Shown here piece by piece: positions 26,048-40,400 of a DNA stretch of 64,000 nucleotides (position 1 is its first letter; each line of letters opens with the position of its first letter). The notes below the pieces were generated by a model. That model did not search any database, was not told the DNA's origin, and saw nothing but the letters and a program-made list of their open reading frames with translations. This DNA comes from Podarcis tiliguerta (Eukaryota): assembly GCA_965153285.1 (NCBI GenBank), contig OZ229117.1; one strand, given 5' to 3'. A program made the translations under genes and the position numbers.

Positions 26048-27699
26048 CTGGAACAGAGAAGGGAGGGGGGAAAAGAGTTGAGCAAACAGGTGACTGCTCT
26101 GCGTTCACTGCCTGAGCTACCCCAGCCCACAAACAGGACACAACAAACAGCCAATCTTGAATCCAGAGGGCTCCTGTGAAAAGACCAACCGTCATCTCCT
26201 TGTACATTTCAGCATCATTCGTAAATGTGAGCAGCCATCTCTGGCTGAGGATTGTTGCCTCTCTTTGAGAAGAAAACTGTTAAAGGCGGCCATTTTTAAA
26301 TGACTGATTGTTGAAGCTGAACTAAAGAGGCCTCAGCTGTTTAGCAAACCCTGGTGGGAACCCGTCTGGTTTACTTTAACCATAGTTACCATCTGGTGCT
26401 GGTGTTTACATTGTTAAGGGGTGTTGTGCTTGGGAGGGGAAGTGGGCAACCCCCCCTGGCTCAGCCCAGCCCTAAAATCTTGGCAAGGGTGAAAATATCA
26501 CCACCACTGCATCTGCTGTCCCAGCAGTCTCTTGTCCCCTATGTTGGAGAGGCAGAGATGCCACCAGGCGGCTGCCAGGTCCAATGACCAACAGCAGAGG
26601 CCCAGCTGTTTCTGCCGGGTCATGAATGAGGAAAAAATATTTCACTGTTGCAAGGAAGAAATGCAGCTGTCCACATTCTCCTGCCCCAGTTTGGAAACTG
26701 ACAGGCCTGCGAGAGGCCTAAAGGCAACTCAGCAACAAACTTAGCTCTTAACAGGAACTGCCTATAATTTCTTCTTCTGCAAATCCTATCATGGGAGACG
26801 GCAGGGAGAAAGGGAAAGATGCCAAAACGGATTCGCCTTCGCCTCCCCCCCCCCCCCCCGCCGCCTTGCACTTTGTGGCAACTTTGTGCTTATGCAGTGC
26901 TGCACTGCCACATCAAAATCCGGGCTTAACATATAATTTTCTTTAAAGATTCTAGGCCGAACATGTGTCCTCAGATGTAGAAGCAGGACCAGCAGAAGTG
27001 CCAATCAGAAACAGTATGGAGAGCAGCGCATTTCATGTCCATAGCTTTGCATACTGCTTATGGAGGGTGCTGTGCCTTCCCAGGTCTTTGGAGAGCAACA
27101 GCTTGGACTGAATTGCCCAAAGGCAGCTGGAGGTGCCATTTTCTGCCTTTATTTGGAGAACCGGTTGTTTCCACAGAGAGTTTATGCCCACTACAGTTAC
27201 CACAATACCACATGACCAAAAAAAGGCCCAATCTGCCCACAGTGCCTTTATTAGCATTTTAGTCTAAAGAATCCAAAATGTACTTTATTACTGGTTAATG
27301 TCTGCTGAGACAGAAAAGCTGGCAACCCTAACGATTTACCCCAAATTTATTGACCCTTATTGTTATGAATCAACATATTTGATCTTCTGCATGGGCTCTC
27401 TGTGTGGTACAAATGGTGTCTGTGAAATTGAGTGTGTTCTATGCAGGAAGAAAGAATAAATGAAATAACCAAACCTATGCTAATTGATTGAAAAAGCAGA
27501 TGAGAGGAAAAAATGACCCCTCTTTCTTTTACTGTGAAGGATGGGTCTTTTTATTGTTCATGCTGAAGTTGTCTTTAAAATAGAAATAACAGTACCAGAA
27601 CTCCCAGTCCACTCTTAGACAGATTTTGAAATCTTTATTTTTCCACAGCTTGTAGCACTAGTAGTATTAACACTATTAAAAATCAGATTTGCTATTTGC

Positions 27700-29090
27700 T
27701 TGCTACCTGAAGGTCTCCAAGTAACTTACAACACTGTTAAAAGAACAAATAAATATACTATAGCATGGAACCAAAACAAAAAGTAACCCCCTTAAGAGGC
27801 GCAGGAAGCTTTGGCAGCACACTAACAACAAAAGAGTCATCTTTCATCTGTCAAAAGGCTGGGGGGAAACATAGGCTTTCTCCTGGTATCATTCAATGAA
27901 GGCATTAAGCGGCCAATGCTGAGGAGCACATTCCATAGATGGGAGCCACAACTGAAAAGCCCTCTTCCCTTGTCACCACCCTCAGAACCGGAATCTGCAG
28001 AAGGGCCTCAACAAAGCTCTAAAGGCCCCGGTAGGTTCATATTGGAGATCCTGAGCTATAAAGGTCAAAACCAGCACTTTGAATTGGGCTTGGAGGCATA
28101 CAGGCAACCAGTGTTGTTGGACCAGAACTGGTGTTATATGATCTGTTTGTCTTGAAGCTGTCAACAGCTGGGCAGCCACACTCTGCACTAACTGAAGCTT
28201 CCAAAGTTTTTAAAAGGCAGCCCCATATAAATTGCTCTGCAGTAATCCAACCTTGACGTTATCAGAGAAAAGATTGTTGTAGCCAAGTTATCCTTGTGCA
28301 GGTAGGGTCATAATTGAACTGACAGCAATGAGTCTTGGAGGAACGCCCAAACTATGAACTCACTGTTTCGGAGGGAGTGTAATCCCCACCTAGAACAGGC
28401 CAAACGCCACTCAGCAGGTCAGAGGAACCACCTACCAACATTTCAGTCTCTCATCCAGTCCATTATTGCAACCAAGCACTGATTCAGAACACTGCGTGCC
28501 TCACCTGCAGAAGATGAAAAGGAGGGCTAGAACTGTGTCATCAGCATACTGATAACAACACACTCCAGAAATCAGTATGAACCCACTCAGCTGTTTCATC
28601 TAGATATTAAAGAGCATGGGAAACAGAACTGACTCTGTGATTCATGCAGAACCCCATACTAGATAAAACACAAGAGTTGAGCAATGCTCCCCAAGAACCA
28701 CCACCTGGAGCCATCCATCCAAGGAGGAGTGGAACCTTCACAATGCAGTGCCCCCAATACCCAACTCAGACAGTCGCCTCAGAAGGATACCATGGCTGAT
28801 GATATTGAAAGTCGCCAAGCGATCAATGAGGATCAACATAGTCACAACCCCCCTGCCTTGTTCCCAACACAGGTCATTATACAGGGTAACTAAGGCAGTT
28901 TCAGTACTAAAATCAGGCTTCAGTCCAAATTGAAATGGATCCAGAAAACCTGTCTCTTCCAAGAGCACCTGAATCTGTTTGGCAACCACCCTCTCAAGAA
29001 CCTTGCCTAAAATGGGGACATTTGATACTTGTCAAAAATTATTCAGATCTTCCAGGTCTAGGGAAGGCTTATTCAGGAATGGTCTTGTGA
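27700..29090 (-). mobile_element. Degraded L2/CR1-clade LINE, reverse-transcriptase region
   Basis: ORF 28738-28989 (LDPFQFG..STETALV..ILIDRLATFNIISHGILLRRL) is RT-like; WLPV..QFKVLVLTF at 27982-28188 is L2 C-terminal-like. Confidence 0.8.
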
Positions 29091-32000
29091 TGACTACTAC
29101 TGATAATAATGGTCTTATTTAATGCTTGATCTCTCCTCTTCTCTTTCTAACATAGAAATAAACCAAATAAAGAATGATAATACAGTACCCTCTGCCCAAC
29201 TTAAGCCATACTAAAATGTGTTTCCTCTCTGAACTGCAAGAAATACCCACCTTTGAAGGGGTTGGCATGAACCACCCCTGTTGGCACTAAACAGCAAGTA
29301 AATGGCTCTCTCAATTTGAGACACTGTTCTTTTTCTGGAGCACCCTTTAATACATGCAAAGCAGGCAAGTGCCACATTCTCTGTCTCTAGGAACTCCAGG
29401 AAAGGCTCCAGGTTTTTCCCAGTCTTGCAGTTGTGGAAAACACGGTAGCCTCCTCCACCACTTTCTCAAAACAGAGCTGGAGAGGGGAAGCCCACCCCTT
29501 TCAGACATGGCAGAACACCTCCCACTGCAGTGCTCTTACCCACGACAGGATTGCAAACAGCAACAGCTCCAGCCAGGCAGTTCTTCAAGGAACCCAGGAG
29601 TCCTGCCGGTTCTGATCTAGGGGCTACTTTGAAGAAATTCAGCTCTATCAGGCACAGGGCACCCAAAGTGGCACCAAAGTGTTTTTTGTGAGGGAGAAGG
29701 AGGTCAAAGCACGCGCCCTGGCGACACCTTTCGTCTCACATCTATCATGCACGCCCCTCTCCAAGCCACTGCTGGGAACACACCAAACTGACATCAAGTA
29801 TCTGCATCGCATCCAGCTGAGCCTCTTCCCCTTCTGCTGTAAACTGCCTGAACCCTTTGCACTAAAATATGACTTCCTTGCAAGTAATTTTGAAAATCCT
29901 GAAAACTATTGCGGGAACTGGACCACATGTCAAACTGGGCTGGGGGGGGGGGAGAGATGGGGCGGGAAGAGAAAACAGCTTTGGAATGCCTTGTTGGCAA
30001 AATATGTACTTCTTGAGATGGAAGGTAGGTGGACATCTTGAAAGCAAGTTTTCCAGACAGAAAGAAATGTTTGACCGGGGCAGCAAAATGTCTGGGGGTA
30101 CCACTGAAGCTGGCAGCACCAAGGGGTGGGGGACTGCAAGTGATGCTAGAGCTCCTCCCCCAGATTGCTGAGCGGGGCAGATGAAGATGCTAAATGCAGA
30201 GTCAGACTATTCGCCCGTCTAGCACAGTGCCAGCAGCTCTGACTGGTAGGATCTCTCCAGCATCTCTTCTTAGACAAGAATTCTTTCTGGCCCTACTTGT
30301 AGGGCTAGCAGGGGGGATGTAAAGGGGGCCTCCTGCATGCACAGCATGTATTCTACTCCTGAACTTATGAAGAGCCTGCTGGATGAGCTACACAAGTCAG
30401 GTACAACAACATGCTTTGTGGAAACATTCCTGCCTCCTACTTGGGAGGGCTGTTTGCTGCCTCCTGCTCCTCTTATAGCCCAGGAAGAGCTCCCTTGCCT
30501 GGCTAGAGAGAGCTTGCCTGAACTCTTCCCCGGGTGCTGTGCTCTCCTGATCCCTGGCTGCCAGATGGGGCTGCCTGCTACCACTGCCATGGCTCTGGTT
30601 TTGATTTAACTGTACTCCGCTCTCCCACATCCAGCTGCCAATAGAAGCCAAGCCGCACATAAACACAGAGACAAAAAAAACAACAACACCCAGCAAGAGC
30701 TGGAGTTCTCCTTCTACTCCAGATCTCTATGCACAATCTTGCCCAGCAGCACCAGTCAGATTAAACATGAAGGAAGAGACTTGCAGAACCAAGAGGAGAG
30801 GGGATGTCCCAAGGAGCTGGACATCTGGACTGCAAGGACCAGTGTTCGAAACTCCCATTGTTCTAGGCACATTTTGCGACAGGGAATTTCATTAGCGCAA
30901 GCAGTTTCTGAGTTCTGGGCGCAGTACTGCACCTAAGATTTCAGATTAAAACTGCAGAGTGGAAGGAAAGGAGGACCTTTTTCTGCCTCCCCACTTCCAG
31001 CTACTCTCTGAAGACTGGAGAAGAGACCCTCTTAAGAATATTGGGGGGTGGGCAAGGGAAGGAGTAGACCATGTGAAAAATGTACATAATATTTTAGCTG
31101 CAGTTGAATGAATTTTCAGCTTTGAATTCTTGTTATAAAAAAGCGCACCTAGACATTCTGTTGTTGCACCCATAACCTAGATTTAAGGTGCAATTTAGCT
31201 CCTAGCTTTTATATCTCAGTTTCTAATACTGGTCAGAAGCAGGCAATTCCTACGAATATATTTGCTAAGCCTCTCTTATGGAAATGATGAAAGTAACATT
31301 CCGCATATGACATCATGCAAAAGCACCTCAGGATAACTTGGCTACAGTGCACCTCAATACTGCCACAGATACACTTAATGAGCAAAATCCAATAATCAAC
31401 AAGGAGAGAATGCAATCAAGACTCTTTCCCAGGATGAACAACAACAACAACATTCCCTGGCCAGACTGCCCAATGCAGAAGGCATTTGTAAGTGCAGAAA
31501 AAGCATGCACCCATTTTCTGCTGGATTCTAGAATGTCACAAATAGAGAGGACGAAGCATCTAGACCACCAGGCTTAAAACTCAACTTGGCTTCAAAGAAA
31601 TTGCAGCACAACCCTCCTTGGTCCAAAATGCTCAGGTAGACATGCTCTATCAAAAATCAAAACCACAACCTGGGGAACTCCCTCCCTGCCCCCTTTTAAA
31701 ATTATGTTCACATCCGTTTTGTGCTGTAAAATAATTTTATGACATATACGACAAACTAGTCAGAAAGTCTGCCTTGGAGACTTCCCTGTGATCTTTGCCC
31801 ATGCATGATGCAGAGGGAATCTCACCCTGCTTCTCAAAATCATCCGTTCACCATGCCTTTGCCAACCTGGCACCCTCCATCTGCCCTGTACTACAATTCC
31901 CACCTGCCTTTGCCAGCGCACCTTTGGTACTCCAAAAGATCTGAAGGGCACCAGGTTGGCAAAGGATAGGTTAGCTAGCTAGTATCCCCCACTTGCTGTG

Positions 32001-33644
32001 TTTATTGTGAGTCCCTCCAGTTATTCTCTCAAAATGGTTTATCTGAAAAGTGACAGTTCAGTTGTTCAGGAAATAGGATGATGGCAACTACTTACATGGC
32101 TTCTTTGCCTCCTTGATAATTTGTCTTTGTCCCTGCCAGCTGGCTCTAGCCACTTGCCCACTCTACTTTGGCATGTGTTGAAGTCATCATGGGTAAGGTG
32201 CCCCACAAGGCCCATTAATAACACCTACCCAGGGCCCACTGCTTTGAGCAGCACTGGAGGGTGGGGTGGGGGAGGCTGGGTCGAGTTACTATTTTAATTT
32301 TCCCCAATGCCCCCAGTACAGAATTACCCCAGGGCATTGTGGGAATCAGGCCCAGTTGCCCGCCACTGCTTGCAGCAAGGACTGCAGCAACTAAGTAAGA
32401 CTCCCAGGGCTCCTGGAGAGAGGACAAGGCCCACCAATCAGAAGGAGCTGGTGCTGGCCACACAGGCTGTTGGGTAGATCCCCATAATCTATGTGCTGCC
32501 TAATTTTCTGCAGTTCTAAATAAATTAGCATTGTTGTATTATATTGCCAAGGCACTCTAGGAAAGTACCATTTAAATGAAAAAGCACAGCCAGAAAAGCA
32601 TTAGTACTAAATAAAATACAAAAAGGTGTTAAAAATGGTGCCCATCACAAAAGTTATAGTGGACATGTGCTGAGATTCAAGCCCACTGGGGTGCATGGAA
32701 CATAGTTGAATGACCACATAGAAAAAATGCAGCAGTTATCAGGAGTCAATCCATGGCAATTCTGCTTGCAGATTACAGCTGAAGTATAGTGACTATGAAC
32801 ACTAGAAGCCCCCCGACTCCATCAGAAAACAGCCCAAGGCAATGCACAACATTTTGCCGAAAACCATCAACCTATTGCCGAAAAACGTGCCACGAAAACC
32901 ATAAGCAGTACTGTCCTTTGACAATTTTGGAATGCAACTGCTGACTGGAGTCTGGCATCCTATGGCAACAGCAGAGCCAATGCAGACCCAAGCAGGTCAG
33001 CCAATGAATGTGGAAGAGAAGAGAAGAGAAGCAGGGCAGGTGTCAAGTGTATGTTAACTCTCAGGGTTGGATTGATAGCAAGGCATGTTGCCTAGCAGCC
33101 AGAGGAGAAGGAAGACACTCAGTGCAGCCATGTGGGTTTTCAAAAAAGTGGAAAAAATTCAGATGCAAATTAAGGTAATTTGCATTGAAAAAAATTCAGT
33201 TTGCATCGGAAAATTATCTTCTACCCAGGAGTGATCTCATTTCGGATGTTTACTGTATTACTCAGCAGATATTCTCCCAGCTGCTTGCAGTGCGGTTTGC
33301 AGGGCATCATCTCTCCCTCCCTGGCAAAACTGACTCGCAGTGGAAACCCCTGGAGTGCCTGTGGTTATACAAAGCCCTAGTCACCGGGCTGGGTCAGTGG
33401 CCTGCGTGGCGTCCAGAGGAACCTGGGCCTTCAGAGGCACAGTTGTCCTAGCCACAGAGGCCTCTGTCTCTCTGCCAGGGAAAAGCTCAAGCAGTCAACT
33501 GCAGCGCCTTTCATTTCTCACCCAGCTCATCTTCCTCCGCCTGCCCTGTGCCAGACGGACGGGTTGCCATGTCTGCAGCTAAGCCTCTCGGGGAAGTCTT
33601 TTTTTGTAAAAAAAAAAAAATGTGTGTTGCCTACCCAAGGGAGA

Positions 33645-34105
33645 GAAAATGAAGATGTCGGCTCAGTGTGCAGCAGCTGTGAAAGAGGCAAATTCCATGC
33701 TAGGGATCATTAGGAAAGGAATTTAAAATAAAACTGCCGATACCATAATGCTGTTAAACAAATCTATGCTGCAACTGCTCTTGGGATATTGTGTACAGTC
33801 CAGGTCCCCTCACCCCAAAAAGGATATTGTAGACCTGGAAAAGGTTTAGAAAAAGGCAGCCAAAAGGATCAAGGTGAAGAAAGGCTGCAGCATTTGAGGC
33901 TTTTTAGTTTAGAGAAAAAGGATGTACGAAGCAACAAGACAGAAGTTTATAATAGCTATGCTCTACCTTCACTATCAGAGGCAGTATGCGTCTGAATACC
34001 AGTTGCTGGAGAGGAGAGTGCTGATGAGCTCAGCTCCAGCTTGAAGGCTCCCCATAAGGTCATTTGACTGGCCACTACTGGATGCTGAACTAGATGTGCC
34101 GTTGG
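33645..34105 (+). mobile_element. Degraded CR1 ORF2 and 3' UTR fragments
   Basis: cagtgtgcagcagctgtgaaagaggcaaattccatgctagggatcattaggaaagg is typical CR1; 3' UTR-like sequence from about 33955. Confidence 0.75.
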
Positions 34106-36374
34106 CAAGTGGCACAGTCACAGCATGTGCCAAGTGGCACAGTCACAGCATGCCAAAATGATGGCAATAGCATGAAGCCACCGTGTGTAATGGGAAGCTT
34201 CTCTCTTTTGCAGTATTTCTTGTTGCACTTCCTCATTCAACACTGCTATTCCTGTCAGGCCCAATGCCTAAAGGGATCCTGGCACTCAAGCCCAGCAAGT
34301 CCAAAGGCTGACACTTAACCCTTGAATGATACGTTCTCAGGAAGGCTCAGTGTCATGCCACCAGGCAGTTCCTGGGTTGAAATGGACCTGAACCATCATG
34401 TTTGGTCACATGGAACCTCCAGCTGCAGAAGCAGCGTGCACCCCTCAAACTCCAGTGGCTATGGGGCCTCCAACTCCACTTGTAGGCTTCTCAGAGGCAT
34501 CTCTGACTGACCACTGCAGGGAGTAGAGGGGCCTGTGGGTGGTGTGACAAGGTAAGGTGCTTAACAACAGTGGGGCCCTTGTTCTGTTTAACTCAAATGC
34601 CCCTTTCCTCTATGCTGCAGGGTCAAGCTGTGAAAATGCTAGGTCTCTGCAAGTCCACAGCAGAAGGGCTGCTTGTGAACGGTGCTGACTGATGGCATCA
34701 ACTGTGATGCTAAGAAACTGCTTCCCTTCCCAGCTCCAGAAGAGTATTTAAAAAAAGCAACAGAGGAATGTTTCAAATATATATATATCTAAAAGCAGGT
34801 AGCCCAACGTAGCGATTGAGGCAGGGCAAGTCCAATGGCAACCCAGCCAGATGGGCAGGGTATAAATAATAAAATTATTATGAATATTATGTGTGACAAT
34901 TCCTCCCCCATTTCCTCTCCACTTCTTCTGTTGTTTCCTGTGTACCATATTCTACACTGCAAGCTCCAGAGCCAAGGCATCCTCTCACTCTTCCTAAAGC
35001 ACCATTTTCATGGATAGTCCTAGATCAGTAATAAAGGGGTAGCTGTCATTCAAGCTGAGAAGTCAGGAGGGAAGTAAGATTTCCGTTTGTCATTGAGGGG
35101 CCCACCAAGAGTTATTTTCTGTATTATATCCACCTTCACCCCATATTCCACCTCCTCTCTGACACTTTAGGCAGGAGAGCTACAGGACGAGGCCCAAGCA
35201 TCTCCTTTCAGGGGTTGCCACCACCTGGCCCTCACAGCCAAACAATCCGCTGCTCCTCTGAAGCCAGACAAAACTCTGCAGCTGCTCATCTTCTGCTCAA
35301 AGCGCGGAGCCAACTGTCACTTTGCTGCTTCTGGCACACCTGTCACGGATGGTCCCCACTGCAGGCAGGCAGCCACTGCAGACCCCAGAGCTATTTTCAG
35401 AATGCTTTGGAGAGATGGTTTTGGAAGTGTTGCCAGTCTCCACACCACATATACTCCCTATCAAACACACGCTATTTTAATCCTTAAATTGTACTTTTGC
35501 AGGGTAGCCTAAATATCAATCATCATTGCAGACAACAGATTCAGAGATGGATGCTTACAGATAAAGGGTTAATATTAAGATGGCAGTGAGCAGGGCAGAA
35601 GAAAAAGTTTTGTACGAATGTTGTGCACATGAAGGGGGAGGATTAAGCATTGCCTACCACAGAGAACTAATGAATCAGAAGCGTGTCATCAGCAATAAAA
35701 CACCACCCCCATATTATCCACCATATTGCCTATACTTCTGCACCAAGTAGCATGGGATGCCAGTATGAAATTAATGTAAAATTAAGCCGTTGTGCATATG
35801 GTGCCCATTACATGGAATGACCAAGTCCACATCTGCTAATCTGGGAGAGAGACAATGAGTTCCCCACAGCACCTGCTCAGATATGCCATCAAGAGAGGGA
35901 GGGTTGCCTCCTGTGCCTATATTTGGTTACTCACTTCCTCACTTGGCCCAGCCAACGTGGTCCAGAGAGAGGCTTGTGGGCCAATATCATTATCCTCCTT
36001 TACGTCTGGCTCCTCCAGGACAAACATACCTGCTGGCTGGGATAAATTGGCTGTAATATACAAGTAATATACAAGAGGACCGAAATATGAAAAGAACTTT
36101 GATCTGCAGTCATCCTTCATCACATTGTACAAGAGAAAAGACTAAGAATCCTGCTGCAATGGAGTCCTCCAAGAAGTTCATGACAACAAACAGAATTGAC
36201 CAGGGAGCTGCAGAGAGGAGAGATAATAACAGCCCTATGGTTTCATTATGAGTAATGTTAACAATGTGTGATCCCTAGCCCACCTTTTTATATATAAGCT
36301 AAAACCTGAAGTGAAGAATAGAGAAGCCCAACAGCAGGATTCAAAAATAACAAGGGGCTCTAGGGGTTTCCGTA

Positions 36375-37440
36375 AATCATAAGCTAAACACAGGTCAACT
36401 CTGATGTGGTGGCGAAAAAGACAAATGCAATTCTAGGCTACATTAGCAGAAAAAAAGGCATCTAGAAGATGTTATTGTAACAGCATCACCCATCTCTGCT
36501 TAGGTCGCACTACACCTGGACTGCCATGCCCACTTCTGTGTGCCACAGTTTAAGAAGGATATTGGTAGACTGGAAAATGTCCAGAGAGGGCAGGAGGCCA
36601 AGTCCTAAGAGGAGGAGAGGCCTACAGTGCTTTGAATGTGTAGCCTGGGTAAGAGGATTAAGAGGTGAGACGATAGCCATCTTCAAAGAACTGAAAGGCT
36701 GTCACAAAGATGATGGACCAAACTTCCTTTGGTCCAATTAGCTCAGAAAGGACTGCTCTGGCAGAAGCAGCCCCTCTGAGGGTCTCTGTCAGAGAGAAAA
36801 GTCTTTCTCAGCCTGTTTCTGAGGATTCTTTAACCAAAGTAGCTGGAGATTGAACCTGGAACCTTCTGCATGCAAAGCATCCATTCTGCCATGAAGAACA
36901 TCGGAAGAGCCCTTCAGCAGCTGGATCAGACCAAAGGGGGCTCATCTAGTCATGCATCCTGTTTGCACAGCAGCCAACTAGATGCCCAGTGGGAAACCCA
37001 CAAGCTGGACCTGAGCACAAGAGGGTCCTCCCCTCCTATGGTTTCCAGCAACTGGGATTCAGATGGATAGTCAGACCTGCTAGGAAAGACTGGTGCAGCT
37101 GTACAGGTCCAGGATGGAGAGGGAACAGTTTTAGAGGTGAAATGATAGCCGTCTGCAAATACCTGAAGGGCTGGTGTAGATGACAGGGCAAATTTATTTT
37201 CTGTTCTTCCAGGATGCAGGATCAACAAGTTCATATTACAAGAAGTGAGATTTTTGAGCAAACATTAGGAAAAATGTCCAACGTACGTGCTGCTTTGACA
37301 GTGGGACAAACTGCCTCAGAAGGTGGGCCACCTCTCCTTCGTTAGAGGCACCTCAGCAAGGGCTGGATGGAAGCTGTGACTTCCTGCAGAGGTTTCCTGC
37401 AGGGGGAGTTTCGACCAGATGTCCTTTGAGATCCCTTTCC
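36375..37440. mobile_element. Cluster of CR1 fragments (both strands) and a tRNA-derived SINE remnant
   Basis: CR1 plus-strand pieces at about 36375-36730 and 37110-37440; antisense SINE head ggagattgaacctggaaccttctgcatgcaaagca at about 36845; antisense CR1 3' UTR at about 36895-37070. Confidence 0.6.
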
Positions 37441-40400
37441 CACATGTCAAACTCCAATGTTACAGGTCGGACTCCAGTCAGCTCCTCATCTGATCTTGTT
37501 TGAGAGTTGGGCAGCAGCTGGAGCTATGAGTTCTGTGTGACCTTATCCTGCCCCTTCCTTGGCCAGCACACCAAGCAGTGGACCCTGCTCAGTCCACATA
37601 GACAAAAAATAAAAATCACTCATTAACAGAGAAGTGAAACCCTTACTGCTTCTGCCCAAGGACAGGAGGCCCAACAGTTCTCATAACCACAAGCCCTCCA
37701 AGAGACACCTTGCAGGTTAAGGGTCTGTGGAGCAGGCATGGCCCCCTGGATCCAATGCTGAGGATCCGCTTGAGGAGCCCTGTAGGTTGATCTCTGGTGA
37801 AGAACCCCTACAACTGTCAGAGGAGGCTTCTCACTTGACCTTCCCTGCACAGTCCTCAAGAATGCCAGACCCAAACCTGGGGTCCAGGCCAAAAACGACC
37901 TAGTATGTGCCTATGGATACAGTCACAGGTCTACTCATGAGTATGCAATCTCTGATACTCATTCATTTTCACTGCCAGCAGCTGTGGTTTCAGAGACCAG
38001 AGGGTATAAGGCCTCCCAGTTAAGCCCCCAGTAGCTGTAAATAAAAATGGGCTTCTGTCTCCTTGTTGAACTCCCTATGAGCCAAACCATGTTTCCAGAT
38101 TACATTTTGGATCTAGAGTGGTTGTCTCTGCTTGACTTCAACTTGTTGAGACTATGCTACACCTTGAACCCTGTGTTTTGGTAAAAGGATTTGTCCTTAT
38201 TGGGATGAGAGCCTAGCCTGGTCCCCAAGAGCTACAAACAGCTGTACACAGGGTGTTCCTGGTGGTCCCTGCACTTTAGGGTTCTCATTTGGGGATGCAA
38301 TGTGTCTTCAGCCACCAGCAATGTGGATGCTGGCTTTTTTGTGAATTCAGCAGGAAAGAAATGAATGACTCAAACAAGCAAGAAGGAAATGAATGAAGCA
38401 AACAGCTGGAAAATCCAGGGCAGGGAAGTTGCCTCTTCTTCCCCCTAAAATGGCGATAAATGCTTTCACCAACTTGGTGTCCTCCAGATTATTTAAACAG
38501 AAGGTGATAAATCATGCTGACTGTGGTTGATAGATGGTTGTGGTCCAAAACATATTAAAAGCACCAAGCTGGTGAAGGCTGGCATTGGCCAGGGCCTCCT
38601 GGCTCTCCCCTAGGTCCAGCTGCATTGGCACTATCTGTCCAGGCCCTCCATAGGGCACCCCTTGTTCTGAGAGTGGGGGGCTTCCTTCTCCCTGCCCCCA
38701 CAAGGATCCAGGCCTCAAGAACTCACTGCAACCTTTTTTGTCCTCTCCCTGGCTCTGAAGGGCTCTAGAGCAGAAAATGGCTTCCCCACCCGCCTCTTGC
38801 CCCTGGGGCAAAGCTCCTGGAAACAGGGCGGCATCAAAGCTGGAGGTTAGTCCATAGCTGGGCTTCCTGAGAGTTGCAGCTTCAATGTGAGAAAATTTTG
38901 TAAATGGTATACAAGCAGGTCTAGGATGAGGCATCCAGTTTTTTGAGTTCCACTGAACCACCCAGGGCATCTCTCCCTTTTCATTCCTCAGAAGAAGATA
39001 TGGGAAGGGAATCAACAGACTTGAGGAAGTCTTAAACCCCTCACTTGCATGCTTCCTTTTGTCTGAAAAATCAGAAGCCCCTGCTAACTTTATCCACATG
39101 TAAACATAAAGGCCTCCAGCCCCTGCATCTAGTTTTGGCTTTACTAACTTTTCATTGCTAACCTGGCCTGCACCTGTGTACAATTAACATCTGGAAGGGG
39201 AGATGGAAGCCTGCAGTATCCACACACTTAAAGTGTTTTGTGCACTGAGCCTGAGTGTCATCAGTGGCAGAACATGATGCTCAATCCACACCAGGGGAAT
39301 TTAAAATTATGGAACATGGTGGTCTGTCTGTGCTTCGGAGATGGTCAAAGTTTATCCCAATATTTAAGAGCACCTAGAAAGGCCCATCCCCCATAAAAGG
39401 CTTGTTCAATAAAATGAGACCGAGTGCCTGGCTACATTCTTCTTGCATTCCTGAAGCTCAACCTGCGACCTCATCATCCTCCCATTCATTCAAGGCTTAA
39501 CCTTTGAGCTGTGCTTTCCCCTACTTCCACTTCATTTGTAAATTCTAAATGAAATGGCAACAATTATTTTAGCTCTGTTAGATTAATTAACAGCCACATC
39601 CTATCCTCCAGTGATGTCGACTGGGCAGTCCAGGACTACCTCTCAGTCACTTAGTGCTGGCATCACATGATGAGACAATGACCTCGTGACTCATCCTATG
39701 TATGTCCACCATCCACTCTGTGGAGAAAGGGGCACAGCGGAAGAAGTGGAGGCATGGCCCCTTGCAACACACACACACAGAGGCATCTTAACTCCTCTAA
39801 GAACCATCTGCTGTTCTACAGATGCCAAACCGTGCTTCTCTGGATGGCAGGAGGCTGATAAACTCAGCAGCCAACTGGAAGATTAGTAGCCATGGCAAGG
39901 AAGTCAACTCACCTGCAGCAGTGCAACTCTGCCTGAAGGCATGGCAGAAGAAGCAAGGAGGTGGTGTGTGACTGAGAACTTGGTCCAGCTCACAAGCCTC
40001 CAGCAGCTAAGGGCAACAGAAATGCGGAAGCCGGTACAAGCTGGCTTAATGCTTGCAGCCTCAGAAACTGGGCATTAAGACCAACCACAAAGCCACAGGG
40101 GAAACAGCCAGCCAGGCCAAAGCAGTCCTCACCGACACACAGAACAGCGGGCTAGGAAGAAGAGAAAGGCCACTGGCCAGGCACCCACACCTCATGAAAC
40201 ACTCTCAGAACAGAGGGAGGAGTGCAAGGTCTCCCTTGACGCAGCAGGTCAGAGTCTCCTGCAAAACCGACACTTCAGCATGACTTGTATGTAAGTGGAG
40301 ACTCACATGGGCAACAAACCCCACCAAGGCCGGGAAAACTCCAACAATACACTGAGGAAGGAAATGGGGAGTCCAGGCAGTCAGGGAACACTGGCAGAAC

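Noticed and set aside
34105-34153. Short tandem duplication (also at about 48167-48197 and 53822-53843)
   Set aside because: Ordinary slippage-type duplications with no further structure.
35929-36132. ORF ending at a phase-0 AA|GTGAGT donor, in frame with MTSS2 exon 2
   Set aside because: Several GTGAGT hexamers are expected by chance in an 18-kb intron; exonic context is weak and a competing internal donor-like site exists.
38512-39183. 223-aa minus-strand ORF
   Set aside because: No recognisable domain, ends in a MITE remnant, no splice support.
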